From Candidatus Kaiserbacteria bacterium (GTDB lineage: Bacteria > Patescibacteriota > Minisyncoccia > Phycocordibacterales > UBA2100): a DNA stretch of 64,000 bases. Within the stretch, counting starts at the first letter, position 1. Each line of letters opens with the position of its first letter. Both the position numbers and the translations under genes were made by a program. The stretch is from positions 271,656-335,655 of the forward strand of contig JACRFK010000003.1 of NCBI GenBank assembly GCA_016217925.1. Direction: 5' to 3'. The notes under the pieces are model-generated. The model saw only the letters and a program-made list of their open reading frames with translations. It was not told the DNA's origin and did no database searches. Of the stretch, positions 1-8,848 are shown one piece after another.

Positions 1-515
1 TGCATCTTCCCTATCCCGGCGGGCCACATATCAGTCGTTTGGCTGAAGAAGCAAGAAGCGAGAAGCAAGAGTCCGAAATAAAACTTCCGCGACCGATGTT
101 AAACGAAGACAATATCGACTTTTCTTTTTCCGGACTGAAAACCGCCGTGCTGCGTATCCTTGCGGGTAGTGTGCCCGTTTCCGATACTCTAAAAAAGCGG
201 CTCGCCCGCGAATTCGAAGAGGCTGTCGCCGACGTGCTCGTCGGGAAGACCCTCCGCGCCGCCGAAAGGTACGGCGCGGGCACAGTAGTAACCGGTGGCG
301 GCGTCTCAGCCAATCTGTACATCCGCCGGCGCCTTGCTGACTCCCTCGCGGAAGCGGGCGCGAAATTGCTCGTCTGCCAGCCGGAATTCGCGACAGACAA
401 CGCCGTGATGATAGCGCTCGCAGGCTACTTCCATGCGCAGAAGCGTGAGTATGCGAATCCCGATATTCTGAAGGCGACCGGCAACCTGCGGCTCGGAAAC
501 GCCAACGCCTCCTAG
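1..515 (+). CDS. tsaD: tRNA N6-adenosine threonylcarbamoyltransferase TsaD (Kae1/Gcp family), C-terminal part; 5' end lies outside the window
   Basis: The frame is open from nt 1. It carries GGGVSANLYIRRRL...CQPEFATDNAVMIALAGYF, matching the C-terminal TsaD motifs (GGVAAN, CTDNAAMIA). Stop codon TAG at 513-515. Confidence 0.7.
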   Translation, partial: HLPYPGGPHISRLAEEARSEKQESEIKLPRPMLNEDNIDFSFSGLKTAVLRILAGSVPVSDTLKKRLAREFEEAVADVLVGKTLRAAERYGAGTVVTGGGVSANLYIRRRLADSLAEAGAKLLVCQPEFATDNAVMIALAGYFHAQKREYANPDILKATGNLRLGNANAS

Positions 516-865
516 AACAAACCGTCCCCGTACATTAGTGCCCCGATGAAGACGAGCGAGTTCACGGTCAGCCACAGCGAGTAGGCAACGATGATAGGCC
601 GCTCGCGATGCACAAGCCCGTACGCAATCCACGGAATATCGAGCAGTGCCCAAATGCCCCACGATATGCCCGAGAGGCCCGTTGCATCCTGCGTAAGGTA
701 GATTTTCAGGACCTGCGGTATCGAAGCAAGCGGGCCTATGACGCCGACGCCAAGAACGGCCTTGTCGAGTAATCGTTTCCACGGAGTGCGCGCCGGGAAC
801 GGCTCCAGTCCTCCGGATGCCCGCTTGCGGAGATGGAGATGATGAAGCCCTTTCATGTGCTCCAT
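512..865 (-). CDS. Small membrane protein with PQ-loop (SemiSWEET/MtN3-like); true start may be internal
   Basis: 117-aa ORF with three predicted TM helices and the motif LASIPQVLKI, typical of PQ-loop/SemiSWEET transporters. Confidence 0.45.
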   Translation of the reverse strand: MEHMKGLHHLHLRKRASGGLEPFPARTPWKRLLDKAVLGVGVIGPLASIPQVLKIYLTQDATGLSGISWGIWALLDIPWIAYGLVHRERPIIVAYSLWLTVNSLVFIGALMYGDGLF

Positions 866-915
866 TGTATCCTATGAAATAACGCCGAAACGGGGTCCTG
901 TGATATTATTTCGCG

Positions 916-3234
916 ATGGAACCCTCCAAAGCGCCTGAGCCGTTCCTCAAGCCCTATAACCCCACCGAGCAGGAGCCGCAGATGCTCGCCGCGTGGGAGA
1001 AGAGCGGCTATGCCAATCCGGACGTCTGTATCGAAAAAGGCGTGACCTTGCCCGATGCCGAGGCCTATTCAATAGTATTGCCGCCGCCCAATGTGACGGG
1101 CACGCTCCACATGGGTCACGCCGCGATGCTCGCTATCGAAGACATTCTCATCCGCTACCACCGCATGCGCGGCAAAAGAGCGCTCTGGGTACCGGGCACC
1201 GACAGCGCAGCCATCGCCACGCAGTCGAAGGTTGAAACAGATATTTATAAATCGGAAAAAAAGACGCGGCACGACCTCGGCCGCGAGGAGCTGATGCGCC
1301 GCATTGACGCGTTCGTCGAGGAGAGCAAAACGACGATAATCAATCAGACGAAGAAGATGGGCAGCTCGCTCGATTGGAGCCGCTACGCCTACACGATGGA
1401 TGAGAAGCGGTACGCGGCGGTCATGGAAGCATTTGCGCGTATGTATGATGCGGGGCTTATCTATCGCGGCGACCGCATCGTGAATTGGGACCCGAAGTTG
1501 CAAACGACAGTATCCGACGACGAGATAGAGTACGTCGAACAAAAAGACGCGTTCTATCATTTCAAATACGGACCCTTTGATATTGGTACTGTGCGCCCCG
1601 AGACCAAATTCGGCGATAAGTACGTGGTCATGCATCCTGATGACGAGCGGTACAAGGAGTACAAGCACGGGCAAAAAATCGACCTCGAATGGATAAACGG
1701 ACCGATAACGGCAACGATAATTAAAGACAAGGCGGCGGATATGTCATTCGGCTCGGGCGCGATGACCATCACACCCGCACACTCGGTAATGGACTTCGAA
1801 ATAGCGCAGCGGCACAAGCTGGACATCGAGCGCGTGATAGACGACCGCGGCATCCTTCTAGACATCGCAGGCGAATTCAAAGGGCAGCACATCAAAAAGG
1901 CGCGTGCGGCAATCGTCGAGAAACTGAAAGCAAAAGGGCTGGTTACAAAAGTGGACGAGGGCTACGTACACAATGTGGCGACCAACAGCCGCGGCGGCGG
2001 CATCATCGAGCCGCAGATAAAGCGCCAGTGGTTCATCGCGGTCAACAAAGAGGCAAAGTTTCCTAATGGGAAGACTATGACGCTTAAGCGGGCGATGCGC
2101 GATGCAGTAGAATCGAAAGACACGCAGATACTGCCCGAGCGATTCGAGAAAATTTACTACCACTGGATAGACAATCTGCGCGACTGGTGCATCTCGCGGC
2201 AGATATGGTTCGGGCACCGCATCCCCGTCTGGTACCACGAACCAAAGTGCGTCCCCATCCCCGGACGCGAGGCAGACGTCGAGAAGTGTGTCATGACCAT
2301 TGTTTCGGCAGATGAACCGAAGTGTCAATTTTGCGCAGCAAAATACACGCAAGACCCCGACACGCTCGATACGTGGTTCTCATCCGGTCTCTGGACATTC
2401 TCAACGCTCGGATGGCCCTACTTCGCGCAAAGCGCTACGAAGGACAAGCCCGGACCGGAAAACGACTTGGCGAATTATCATCCTACGGCGGTGCTCGAAA
2501 CAGGGTACGACATCCTTTTCTTCTGGGTGGCGCGCATGATACTCATGTCCACATTCTTGCGCGGCGAAGTCCCCTTCAAGAAAGTCTATCTACACGGCCT
2601 CGTACGCGACGAACAAGGTCGCAAGATGTCTAAATCGCTCGGCAACATTATCGACCCCTTAACGATGATAGAAAAGTACGGCGCCGATGCGACGCGCCTC
2701 TCGCTCGTGATCGGCGCCTCCCCGGGCAACGACCTCAAGCTTTCCGAAGACAAGGTGCGCGGGTACAAACATTTTGCAAATAAAATCTGGAACATCGCCC
2801 GCTTCGTTCTTGAAAATCAGGCCGACGAATCAACTTTACAAAGTAAAGTTGATAACGGTTTAACCGAAGAGGATAAGAAGCTCGTTGAGGAGGCGGAAGC
2901 TGTTGCGAAGGAAGTGTCGGGCAACATCGACGACTTCCGTCTCGACCTTGCAGCCGACTTGGTCTACCACTTCGTCTGGGACCGCTTCGCAGCCGAGATA
3001 CTTGAGGAGTCGAAAGCAATTCTGAAAGGCACCGACGAAAAAGCAGCTGCTTCCCGCCGCCATACGCTATACGCCATACTCAATACTTCCCTACGCCTCC
3101 TCCACCCCTTCATGCCCTTCGTTACCGAAGCCATCTGGCAACAACTCCCCAAATCCCCCTCCGCGCAAGGCTCCGGCGGGACGAGGAAAGAGAGCGACCT
3201 TCTTATGGTCGCCAAGTGGCCCCTACTTCGCTAA
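916..3234 (+). CDS. valS: Valyl-tRNA synthetase (772 aa, short form)
   Basis: HIGH motif (PPPNVTGTLHMGHA), KMSKS motif (KMSKSLGN) and the class I editing/anticodon-binding layout. The C-terminus is shorter than in typical ValRS and ends ...SPSAQGSGGTRKESDLLMVAKWPLLR. Confidence 0.9.
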   Translation: MEPSKAPEPFLKPYNPTEQEPQMLAAWEKSGYANPDVCIEKGVTLPDAEAYSIVLPPPNVTGTLHMGHAAMLAIEDILIRYHRMRGKRALWVPGTDSAAIATQSKVETDIYKSEKKTRHDLGREELMRRIDAFVEESKTTIINQTKKMGSSLDWSRYAYTMDEKRYAAVMEAFARMYDAGLIYRGDRIVNWDPKLQTTVSDDEIEYVEQKDAFYHFKYGPFDIGTVRPETKFGDKYVVMHPDDERYKEYKHGQKIDLEWINGPITATIIKDKAADMSFGSGAMTITPAHSVMDFEIAQRHKLDIERVIDDRGILLDIAGEFKGQHIKKARAAIVEKLKAKGLVTKVDEGYVHNVATNSRGGGIIEPQIKRQWFIAVNKEAKFPNGKTMTLKRAMRDAVESKDTQILPERFEKIYYHWIDNLRDWCISRQIWFGHRIPVWYHEPKCVPIPGREADVEKCVMTIVSADEPKCQFCAAKYTQDPDTLDTWFSSGLWTFSTLGWPYFAQSATKDKPGPENDLANYHPTAVLETGYDILFFWVARMILMSTFLRGEVPFKKVYLHGLVRDEQGRKMSKSLGNIIDPLTMIEKYGADATRLSLVIGASPGNDLKLSEDKVRGYKHFANKIWNIARFVLENQADESTLQSKVDNGLTEEDKKLVEEAEAVAKEVSGNIDDFRLDLAADLVYHFVWDRFAAEILEESKAILKGTDEKAAASRRHTLYAILNTSLRLLHPFMPFVTEAIWQQLPKSPSAQGSGGTRKESDLLMVAKWPLLR

Positions 3235-3276
3235 AGCTACGCAGGGCAAGCCTGTAAACGTCGTATAATGTGAACA

Positions 3277-4020
3277 ATGTCTGAACTTGAGCCGATTATC
3301 GCAGCGTTTGCAGGAGGGGTACTTCCCGCTCTCGCGTGGCTGTGGTTCTGGCGGCGCGAAGACAGCGTACACCCCGAGCCACGTCGGCTCATCGCGCTCG
3401 CATTTCTCGCGGGTATGGTCGCGGTTGCCGTCGTCATCCCTATCGAGAAATATGCCGCCTTGTTCCTGAAATCACAGGAACTGTGGGTCCTCACCGCCGC
3501 AAGTACGACCACGCTCACCTTCATCATCTGGTCGGGCATGGAAGAGGTCATCAAATTTGTAATGGCGAAGCTTACCGTGCTGCGCCGCCGCGACGACGAT
3601 GAGCCCATCGACCCGGTCATTTACATGGTCACCGTCGCGCTCGGCTTCGCGGCGGCGGAAAACACGCTCTTCCTCCTCTCACCACTCTCGGGCGATTCGC
3701 TGCTGCAGACGGTACTCACCGGTAATTTGCGGTTCGTCGGCGCGACGCTTCTGCATGTGCTCTCATCGGCCGTCATCGGTGTCGCGCTCGGCATGTCCTT
3801 CTACAAGTCGCGCGCTTCCAAGCGCGTCTATGTGCTTGTCGGAGTTATCCTCGCTATCCTTTTGCACAGTACCTTCAACTTCCTTATACTGAATACACCC
3901 GAGGAACACCTGCTGCGTACCTTCGGGCTTGTCTGGCTGGGGCTCATTGTGCTCCTTGCCGTGCTAGAATACATAAAACGTATACATCCTCTAATAAAAA
4001 AATCAGTATGGCGCTCATGA
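3277..4020 (+). CDS. PrsW-family intramembrane protease-like membrane protein
   Basis: Multi-TM protein with EEVIKF (EExxK), FAAAENTLF (FxxxE) and HVLSSAVIGV motifs typical of the PrsW family. A TATAAT box lies 7 nt upstream of the ATG. Confidence 0.55.
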   Translation: MSELEPIIAAFAGGVLPALAWLWFWRREDSVHPEPRRLIALAFLAGMVAVAVVIPIEKYAALFLKSQELWVLTAASTTTLTFIIWSGMEEVIKFVMAKLTVLRRRDDDEPIDPVIYMVTVALGFAAAENTLFLLSPLSGDSLLQTVLTGNLRFVGATLLHVLSSAVIGVALGMSFYKSRASKRVYVLVGVILAILLHSTFNFLILNTPEEHLLRTFGLVWLGLIVLLAVLEYIKRIHPLIKKSVWRS

Positions 4021-4514
4021 AAAAATCCGGCTTTTTCTCCCGACTCACCGGAAAGACCGACGACGATTACGGTGATTTCTTCGACGGCACCGGCTCCCAC
4101 CCTGCAGTATTCGAGGGCGAGGGCGAAGAGCGGCATGCACACATCAATACCCGCGACGAGGGCTGGGCGGGGGGTGATGAGCCCAAAGGCGAGCTTGCGG
4201 TAGACATCTATCAGACACCTGACGCGATTGTGGTCAAAGCGCTCGTGGCAGGCGTGCAGCCCACATCAATAGATATTTCTCTCACCCGCGAAATGCTCAC
4301 TATCTCCGGCATGCGCGAAGACGAGCGCGAAGTGGAGGAGGACAACTACTTCCAGCGCGAACTCTACTGGGGTTCCTTCTCCCGCACCATTCTTTTGCCT
4401 GAAGAAGTGGATGTGGATATCGCAGAGGCCTCCGAAAAGCACGGCATCCTTATGATTAGGCTCCCGAAAATCAATAAAAAACGACAAACTAAGTTAAAAG
4501 TGCGTAGCAGATAA
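4008..4514 (+). CDS. Hsp20/alpha-crystallin family small heat-shock protein
   Basis: Alpha-crystallin domain: GELAVDIYQTPDAIVVKALVAGV...ELYWGSFSRTILLPEEVDVDIAEASEKHGILMIRLPK. Confidence 0.75.
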   Translation: MALMKKSGFFSRLTGKTDDDYGDFFDGTGSHPAVFEGEGEERHAHINTRDEGWAGGDEPKGELAVDIYQTPDAIVVKALVAGVQPTSIDISLTREMLTISGMREDEREVEEDNYFQRELYWGSFSRTILLPEEVDVDIAEASEKHGILMIRLPKINKKRQTKLKVRSR

Positions 4515-4520
4515 TACCGA

Positions 4521-4549
4521 CGCCGGAGACTCTTTCGAGACCTCCGGCG
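4521..4549 (+). terminator. GC-rich hairpin after hsp20 (CGCCGGAG..CTCCGGCG); contains the CCTCCGGCG core shared with the mini-element
   Basis: Inverted repeat cgccggagactc/gagacctccggcg immediately 3' of the hsp20 stop. No clear T-tract follows. Confidence 0.35.
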
Positions 4550-4562
4550 TGACTGTTGTGGG

Positions 4563-4742
4563 TCATCGCAACAGGACGATGATTGCGATTGCGGCGGCGA
4601 CGGCCAACGCCCCCGTTTCGGCCATCAGCCTCGGTCTTTGGGTCCAGTCCCAAAGCGGGTAACCGTAAGCCCGATCCAGCCGCGTCAGCAGGGCCGCCAT
4701 CAGTACGATGCTGGCTAGAACAATTAACGAATTCGTGAGCAT
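4563..4742 (-). CDS. Possible small membrane protein (59 aa, below the ORF-track cutoff)
   Basis: ATG..TGA ORF encoding MLTNSLIVLASIVLMAALLTRLDRAYGYPLWDWTQRPRLMAETGALAVAAAIAIIVLLR, with two hydrophobic helices. Confidence 0.25.
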   Translation of the reverse strand: MLTNSLIVLASIVLMAALLTRLDRAYGYPLWDWTQRPRLMAETGALAVAAAIAIIVLLR

Positions 4743-4893
4743 GTGCGCCTCCGATTCAGCGATGAGCGTGAATTTTGATAGCCACGATATTCATACATCC
4801 GATAGGTGTGATTTGCAACTACTCATCCACGAGGCCGAGGCGGTAGTCCCGACGTTTCAGTCGGGACCCCGACCGCTTCGCGCGTCGGGGATG

Positions 4894-5775
4894 TCAATCG
4901 TCAAGGAGACCTAGACGATAAATATCAAAAGAATTCTCGCCCTCGAACATGTCGGAAGGATTCGGGAGGTAGATGCGGCGGCGGGATATCTCGGTGGTTG
5001 CGTCGTTGATGAGCCGGTGAAAGATCTCGAATTCCTCCGAGACGGTTGTGTAGTCGATGATGTAGCGGCGCATTTGCGACGAGCCGTCGGCGTTCTTCCT
5101 TTTCTTGCATTCTTGCACGATAAACCTGCGCACCTCTTTGCCGTACTTTTGTTTGACCGTGTAGTAATTGAATATAGCTTGCATGACGAACAGGGTCTTC
5201 TGCCCGCGGCCCTTGCTGAAGGTGTCCACGAACTTGTGGTCCACGATGTCGAGCGCCCCCGGCTGCAGGCGTGATTCGACGACGAGGTCCGAAACTGCCT
5301 TGATGGGAAGCGGCAGGCCCTCGACATGCGCGAGGGCGACCACCTCGACGCCGAGCACTTTGTGCTTGGGCGCTCGCGCGAGGTAGAACTGAATCGCCTG
5401 CAGATAGTCACGCTCCATGTGAGCACGCTTTTCTTTTTGTGCGCGACGCGACTTTGCTTTGCCGAAATTAATCTCAAAATCCGCAACGTTGCGTAGGTAT
5501 TCGAGCCCCAGCTCCACCGAGCCTTCTTTTCCTCCGGGGGAGGATCCACCTCCGGCGGACCCTATCCCGCCATAATAGTGCTGAAGCGCCACATGCGCTG
5601 CACGACCAACAAGAGAAGAGGGATTGGCGGGTGTATCGTAGACTTTTTCGACGTAGCGCTTGTACCACGCGAGCGGATTGCGCAAAAATGCCATGAGCGA
5701 AGAATGGCTCCAGTGCTGTATGGGCAATGCCGTCTTGAGGCGGGCTTTCTTCTTCATGTGATTTTGCGAAATCAT
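4894..5775 (-). CDS. PD-(D/E)xK nuclease family protein (Cas4/RecB-like fold) carrying the in-frame mini-element
   Basis: N-terminal HWSHSSLMAFLRNPLAWYKRY and a D..D.K block (GALDIVDHKF) typical of PD-(D/E)xK nucleases. Contains GSAGGGSSPGGKEGS, encoded by the element at 5527-5560. Confidence 0.5.
   Translation of the reverse strand: MISQNHMKKKARLKTALPIQHWSHSSLMAFLRNPLAWYKRYVEKVYDTPANPSSLVGRAAHVALQHYYGGIGSAGGGSSPGGKEGSVELGLEYLRNVADFEINFGKAKSRRAQKEKRAHMERDYLQAIQFYLARAPKHKVLGVEVVALAHVEGLPLPIKAVSDLVVESRLQPGALDIVDHKFVDTFSKGRGQKTLFVMQAIFNYYTVKQKYGKEVRRFIVQECKKRKNADGSSQMRRYIIDYTTVSEEFEIFHRLINDATTEISRRRIYLPNPSDMFEGENSFDIYRLGLLDD
5527..5560 (+). repeat. Palindromic mini-element, family A copy (variant with GGATCCACC)
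   Basis: ttttcctccgggggaggatccacctccggcggac; in-frame within the nuclease gene. Confidence 0.7.
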
Positions 5776-5824
5776 GCCGCGTAATCGTCTATTAAAACGC
5801 GGCCTTATAGTATATACTGGACCG

Positions 5825-5944
5825 ATGGCAAAACGAGCAAGTCAGGATATTAAGAACAAAAAGTCGCGTTCGCGAAAGACGAAGAAACGCCTCGCAGCCA
5901 AGCGGGCTATGCTCGCCGCCCGCAAGGCAAAGAAGCGCCGTTAA
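5825..5944 (+). CDS. Possible very basic small protein (39 aa), not in the ORF track
   Basis: ATG..TAA ORF encoding MAKRASQDIKNKKSRSRKTKKRLAAKRAMLAARKAKKRR. Preceded by TATAGT/TATACT -10-like sequence. Composition resembles ribosomal-type basic proteins, but it is not assignable. Confidence 0.3.
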   Translation: MAKRASQDIKNKKSRSRKTKKRLAAKRAMLAARKAKKRR

Positions 5945-5960
5945 CAGAGCGGCGTTTTTC

Positions 5961-5993
5961 TTTGGACAAACACGGGGCAAGAAGGTAGCATTC
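5961..5993 (+). promoter_or_regulatory. Promoter-like motif TTTGGACAAA-N13-GGTAGCAT, 6 nt before the ATG of the 5998 gene
   Basis: The same bipartite motif recurs at 7771-7803, 8261-8291 and 8810-8840, and partially at 6813 and 7660. Confidence 0.4.
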
Positions 5994-5997
5994 GGCG

Positions 5998-6840
5998 ATG
6001 AAAGGAGAGCCGTCCGTTTTACGAAATTCCGGGAAGGCGGAGCTCAGTGAACGGTGGGAGCGGAATTTAGAAGTGGTCAACGAATGCATGGCCGCCGCAT
6101 CTAGCGTATTTGAATCCACCATTCGTACAAAGGGCTTCGACGACACGGTCCGGGATAGGGGTTTTTTGACGGAGGTTTGGAGCCACGGTGAGAAGCGGGA
6201 AGCGCTCGCTGAAGTACTGTTCGGCCTGCGACCGGAAAAGAACATCGGGGCCCTGCAAGCGACAATCAATGGTAAAAGGATCCTCGTCGTCGGCGGTGGC
6301 GCCTCCATGGACGACCTCCTGTCCGATAACCGGTTCGCGCCCGCTCTTTTGCTAAACGTCGACCCCTTTTTGGTCGAAGAAAAACCGGCGCGGGGAGCGG
6401 CAGGCTATTACCGCTCTTTGCCGCTCGATGCCGCATCGGCCGACTTTTTACAGGCCCTTCAGGCCGGGGGGCATGATACATTCGATGAGATATGGGCGAC
6501 GTGGAGCGTCCCCCATTATTGCAAGACACCCGACGAAGTTGCCCGGTACTTTGCGAACATGTTCAAAGCACTGGAGCCGGGCGGCACTCTGCGTATTTGC
6601 CCGGTCACGTTCGTCGTAGACCCGATGCCGCCAATCGTTCGGACTGCGGTTGTCGCGGAGCTTGCATCAGCGCTGTCCGCGAGCTTGAGGACGCTCGCAC
6701 AAATGCCCAATGTGGAAATGTCGCGGCACGACAACACGCTTCCCGACGGTAGAATTCTGCCGGAACTTTCCACGCTTATCATTCACAAAACTGCCTTTGG
6801 AAACGATCGACATTTGGACAAAGCCGGAGCGGGGGTATGA
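5998..6840 (+). CDS. Hypothetical protein; possible class I SAM-dependent methyltransferase fold
   Basis: ILVVGGGASMDD (glycine-rich motif-I-like) and EPGGTLRI (post-I-like). Weak assignment. Confidence 0.35.
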   Translation: MKGEPSVLRNSGKAELSERWERNLEVVNECMAAASSVFESTIRTKGFDDTVRDRGFLTEVWSHGEKREALAEVLFGLRPEKNIGALQATINGKRILVVGGGASMDDLLSDNRFAPALLLNVDPFLVEEKPARGAAGYYRSLPLDAASADFLQALQAGGHDTFDEIWATWSVPHYCKTPDEVARYFANMFKALEPGGTLRICPVTFVVDPMPPIVRTAVVAELASALSASLRTLAQMPNVEMSRHDNTLPDGRILPELSTLIIHKTAFGNDRHLDKAGAGV

Positions 6841-6890
6841 AAGAAAGGCGCCCGTATTCCGTCCTCATGTAGGTAAGGCTTAAAAGCTAA

Positions 6891-7178
6891 TTGTGTAAAC
6901 ATATGACATTTACTCTCGTTTTGGGCGCGTTGCTCGGAGCCTTCGCGGTCGTCTTTGCGATGGACAACAGCGCACTCGTCACGGTGCATTTACTATCGTG
7001 GGAAGTAACCGCGCCGCTTGCAATTATACTTATGTCCGCAGTGGTGCTTGGTATTCTTGTGGTACTTATTGCAATGATCCCGCGGGCCATACAGCGCACG
7101 ATGGAGGAATACGCTGTTCGCCGCGAAAAGAGAAAGGTGGAGCTGGCCATGGTGAGAGAACAATCTCAGGCCGTCTGA
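6891..7178 (+). CDS. Small membrane protein, LapA/DUF1049-like
   Basis: Two TM helices followed by a basic tail (AIQRTMEEYAVRREKRKVELAMVREQSQAV). Confidence 0.4.
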   Translation: MCKHMTFTLVLGALLGAFAVVFAMDNSALVTVHLLSWEVTAPLAIILMSAVVLGILVVLIAMIPRAIQRTMEEYAVRREKRKVELAMVREQSQAV

Positions 7179-7207
7179 TTTGGCAAACCTGAGATGGGGG
7201 TATAGGA

Positions 7208-7585
7208 TTGCGTTCCGGTCACTCTTTCACGACCGAGCTACAGGGGAGAAAACTGAAGATGTCGATGGATTCAAGCCTGAGGCGGCAGAAGCCTCACGCA
7301 ATGTCGAAGGCCACACCCGGCCAGGCCCGCAGTGCTCCGCGTAAGCGGGCACGCCAACGCGAGAACGCCGCATGGTGGATTGCCGAAGCGGCAAAGGCCG
7401 GCGTGACCGTGCTGAAATTCCGCCAGATGTGCGCCGTCGCTACGGCCGGAATGGGCGTCCCGCATCACGTCGTGAAGATATCGCGGGGTTACTCCCAGTA
7501 CGAGCTGGAGCCGGTGGTCCATAGCACCCGGAGCAGCTACGCTGGCTCCGGCGGCTCGCGCTTCTTCGGCGGCAACTACCGCTGA
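7208..7585 (+). CDS. Hypothetical protein
   Basis: 125-aa ORF with no recognisable motif. Confidence 0.25.
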   Translation: MRSGHSFTTELQGRKLKMSMDSSLRRQKPHAMSKATPGQARSAPRKRARQRENAAWWIAEAAKAGVTVLKFRQMCAVATAGMGVPHHVVKISRGYSQYELEPVVHSTRSSYAGSGGSRFFGGNYR

Positions 7586-7770
7586 CGTCGCATTACCTCG
7601 CGTCGTTCAGTCAACAAGATCCGGCCGGGCCCAGTGCCCGGCCGCTCGTTTTTAATATATTTGGACAACTATTCGCTTATTCGCGCGAATTAGAGAATAG
7701 CGGAGTCCCTATTTCGACCCCAGTAGTAGAGCAAAGCTCTACGGGGCTAGGAAAACCTAGGGCGGGAGTA

Positions 7771-7803
7771 TTTCTAGACAAATATTCATGAGGGGGTAGC
7801 ATT
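7771..7803 (+). promoter_or_regulatory. Promoter-like motif (TTCTAGACAAA-N13-GGTAGCAT) before the HIT gene
   Basis: See 5961-5993. Confidence 0.35.
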
Positions 7804-7808
7804 TCGCT

Positions 7809-8258
7809 ATGGCTATCGTGTTCGAAACGAATAACTTCTTAATCGTCGCGCCCGAAAAACCCCATGTGTCTCGATCTGACGGAGGCCACCTTGTCGTTGT
7901 GCCGAAAGTCGAGGTCGAGGACAGAACAAAACTGACGGCTCCCCTGGCGATCGAGCTAATGAAACTAACCATGCTTAGCGGAGAAGCGTTGCGTACGGTC
8001 ATGACCACGCGCGGCATCGAAATTGGCCGAATCAACTACCAAGACAACGGCAACTGGACACCGCATCTTCATATTCATATCTACGGGCGCGCGAAAGGCG
8101 CTGTATTGCAGCCTTACGGTACCCCCCTTCACTCTCCCGCGACTCGCAAAGAATTTGAGGCTATGCCTACGCTTGAGCCTCTCAATGAGGATGATGTCGC
8201 CGAGATAAAGTCGGAGATTGGCAGACTCCTACAATCAGAAAAATATCGCAATTTCTAA
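7809..8258 (+). CDS. HIT (histidine triad) family hydrolase
   Basis: HLHIHIY (HxHxHxx) plus the N-terminal NNFLIVAPEKPHV...GHLVVVPK block. Confidence 0.65.
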   Translation: MAIVFETNNFLIVAPEKPHVSRSDGGHLVVVPKVEVEDRTKLTAPLAIELMKLTMLSGEALRTVMTTRGIEIGRINYQDNGNWTPHLHIHIYGRAKGAVLQPYGTPLHSPATRKEFEAMPTLEPLNEDDVAEIKSEIGRLLQSEKYRNF

Positions 8259-8260
8259 GT

Positions 8261-8291
8261 TTTGGACAAACCTTAGGCGAACAGGTAGCAT
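8261..8291 (+). promoter_or_regulatory. Promoter-like motif TTTGGACAAA-N13-GGTAGCAT before the GNAT gene
   Basis: See 5961-5993. Confidence 0.4.
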
Positions 8292-8297
8292 CTAAAA

Positions 8298-8831
8298 ATG
8301 GACATTAGAATACGCGACGCGGTGCCGGACGACGCTGAGGCGGTAGAACAAGTGCGCTACCAAGGTTGGCTTGCCACTTACCCGAACGAAGAATTCCGAA
8401 TCACAAGAGAAGACATCAAGGAACTATTCAGGCCCCAGCTCTCCCCTGAAGGTATCGAGAATCGGCGACATAAGATTTCGGAGGTTCAGAAAACAGGACG
8501 GTATGTCGTCGCCAAAGTGGACGGGAGGATTGTCGGCTTCTGTATCCTCATACGGTACGAAGAAAAGAACCAACTGCGCGGCATTTACGTACTCCCCGGC
8601 TACCAGGGTAAGGGCGTAGGAAAGGCGCTTTGGCAGGAGGTCCGCGCATCCATTGACCCGAAAATGGACACCTATGTCGAGCTGGCTGCCTACAACGCCG
8701 TCGCCATCGGTTTCTATTCAAAGTTCGGCTTCAAGGATACCGGCCGCAGATTCAGTAATGAGAGCCAAAAATTGAAAAACGGGGCGAAAATCCCCGAAAT
8801 GGAGATGCGTTTGGACAAAGCGGGACAGTAG
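8298..8831 (+). CDS. GNAT family N-acetyltransferase
   Basis: Motif A (acetyl-CoA binding): LRGIYVLPGYQGKGVGKALWQEV. Confidence 0.65.
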   Translation: MDIRIRDAVPDDAEAVEQVRYQGWLATYPNEEFRITREDIKELFRPQLSPEGIENRRHKISEVQKTGRYVVAKVDGRIVGFCILIRYEEKNQLRGIYVLPGYQGKGVGKALWQEVRASIDPKMDTYVELAAYNAVAIGFYSKFGFKDTGRRFSNESQKLKNGAKIPEMEMRLDKAGQ

Positions 8832-8840
8832 GTATACGCT
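8810..8840 (+). promoter_or_regulatory. Promoter-like motif TTTGGACAAA-N..-GGTATACG before the RT gene
   Basis: See 5961-5993; the -10-like part is a variant. Confidence 0.3.
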
Positions 8841-8848
8841 GCATTTAT

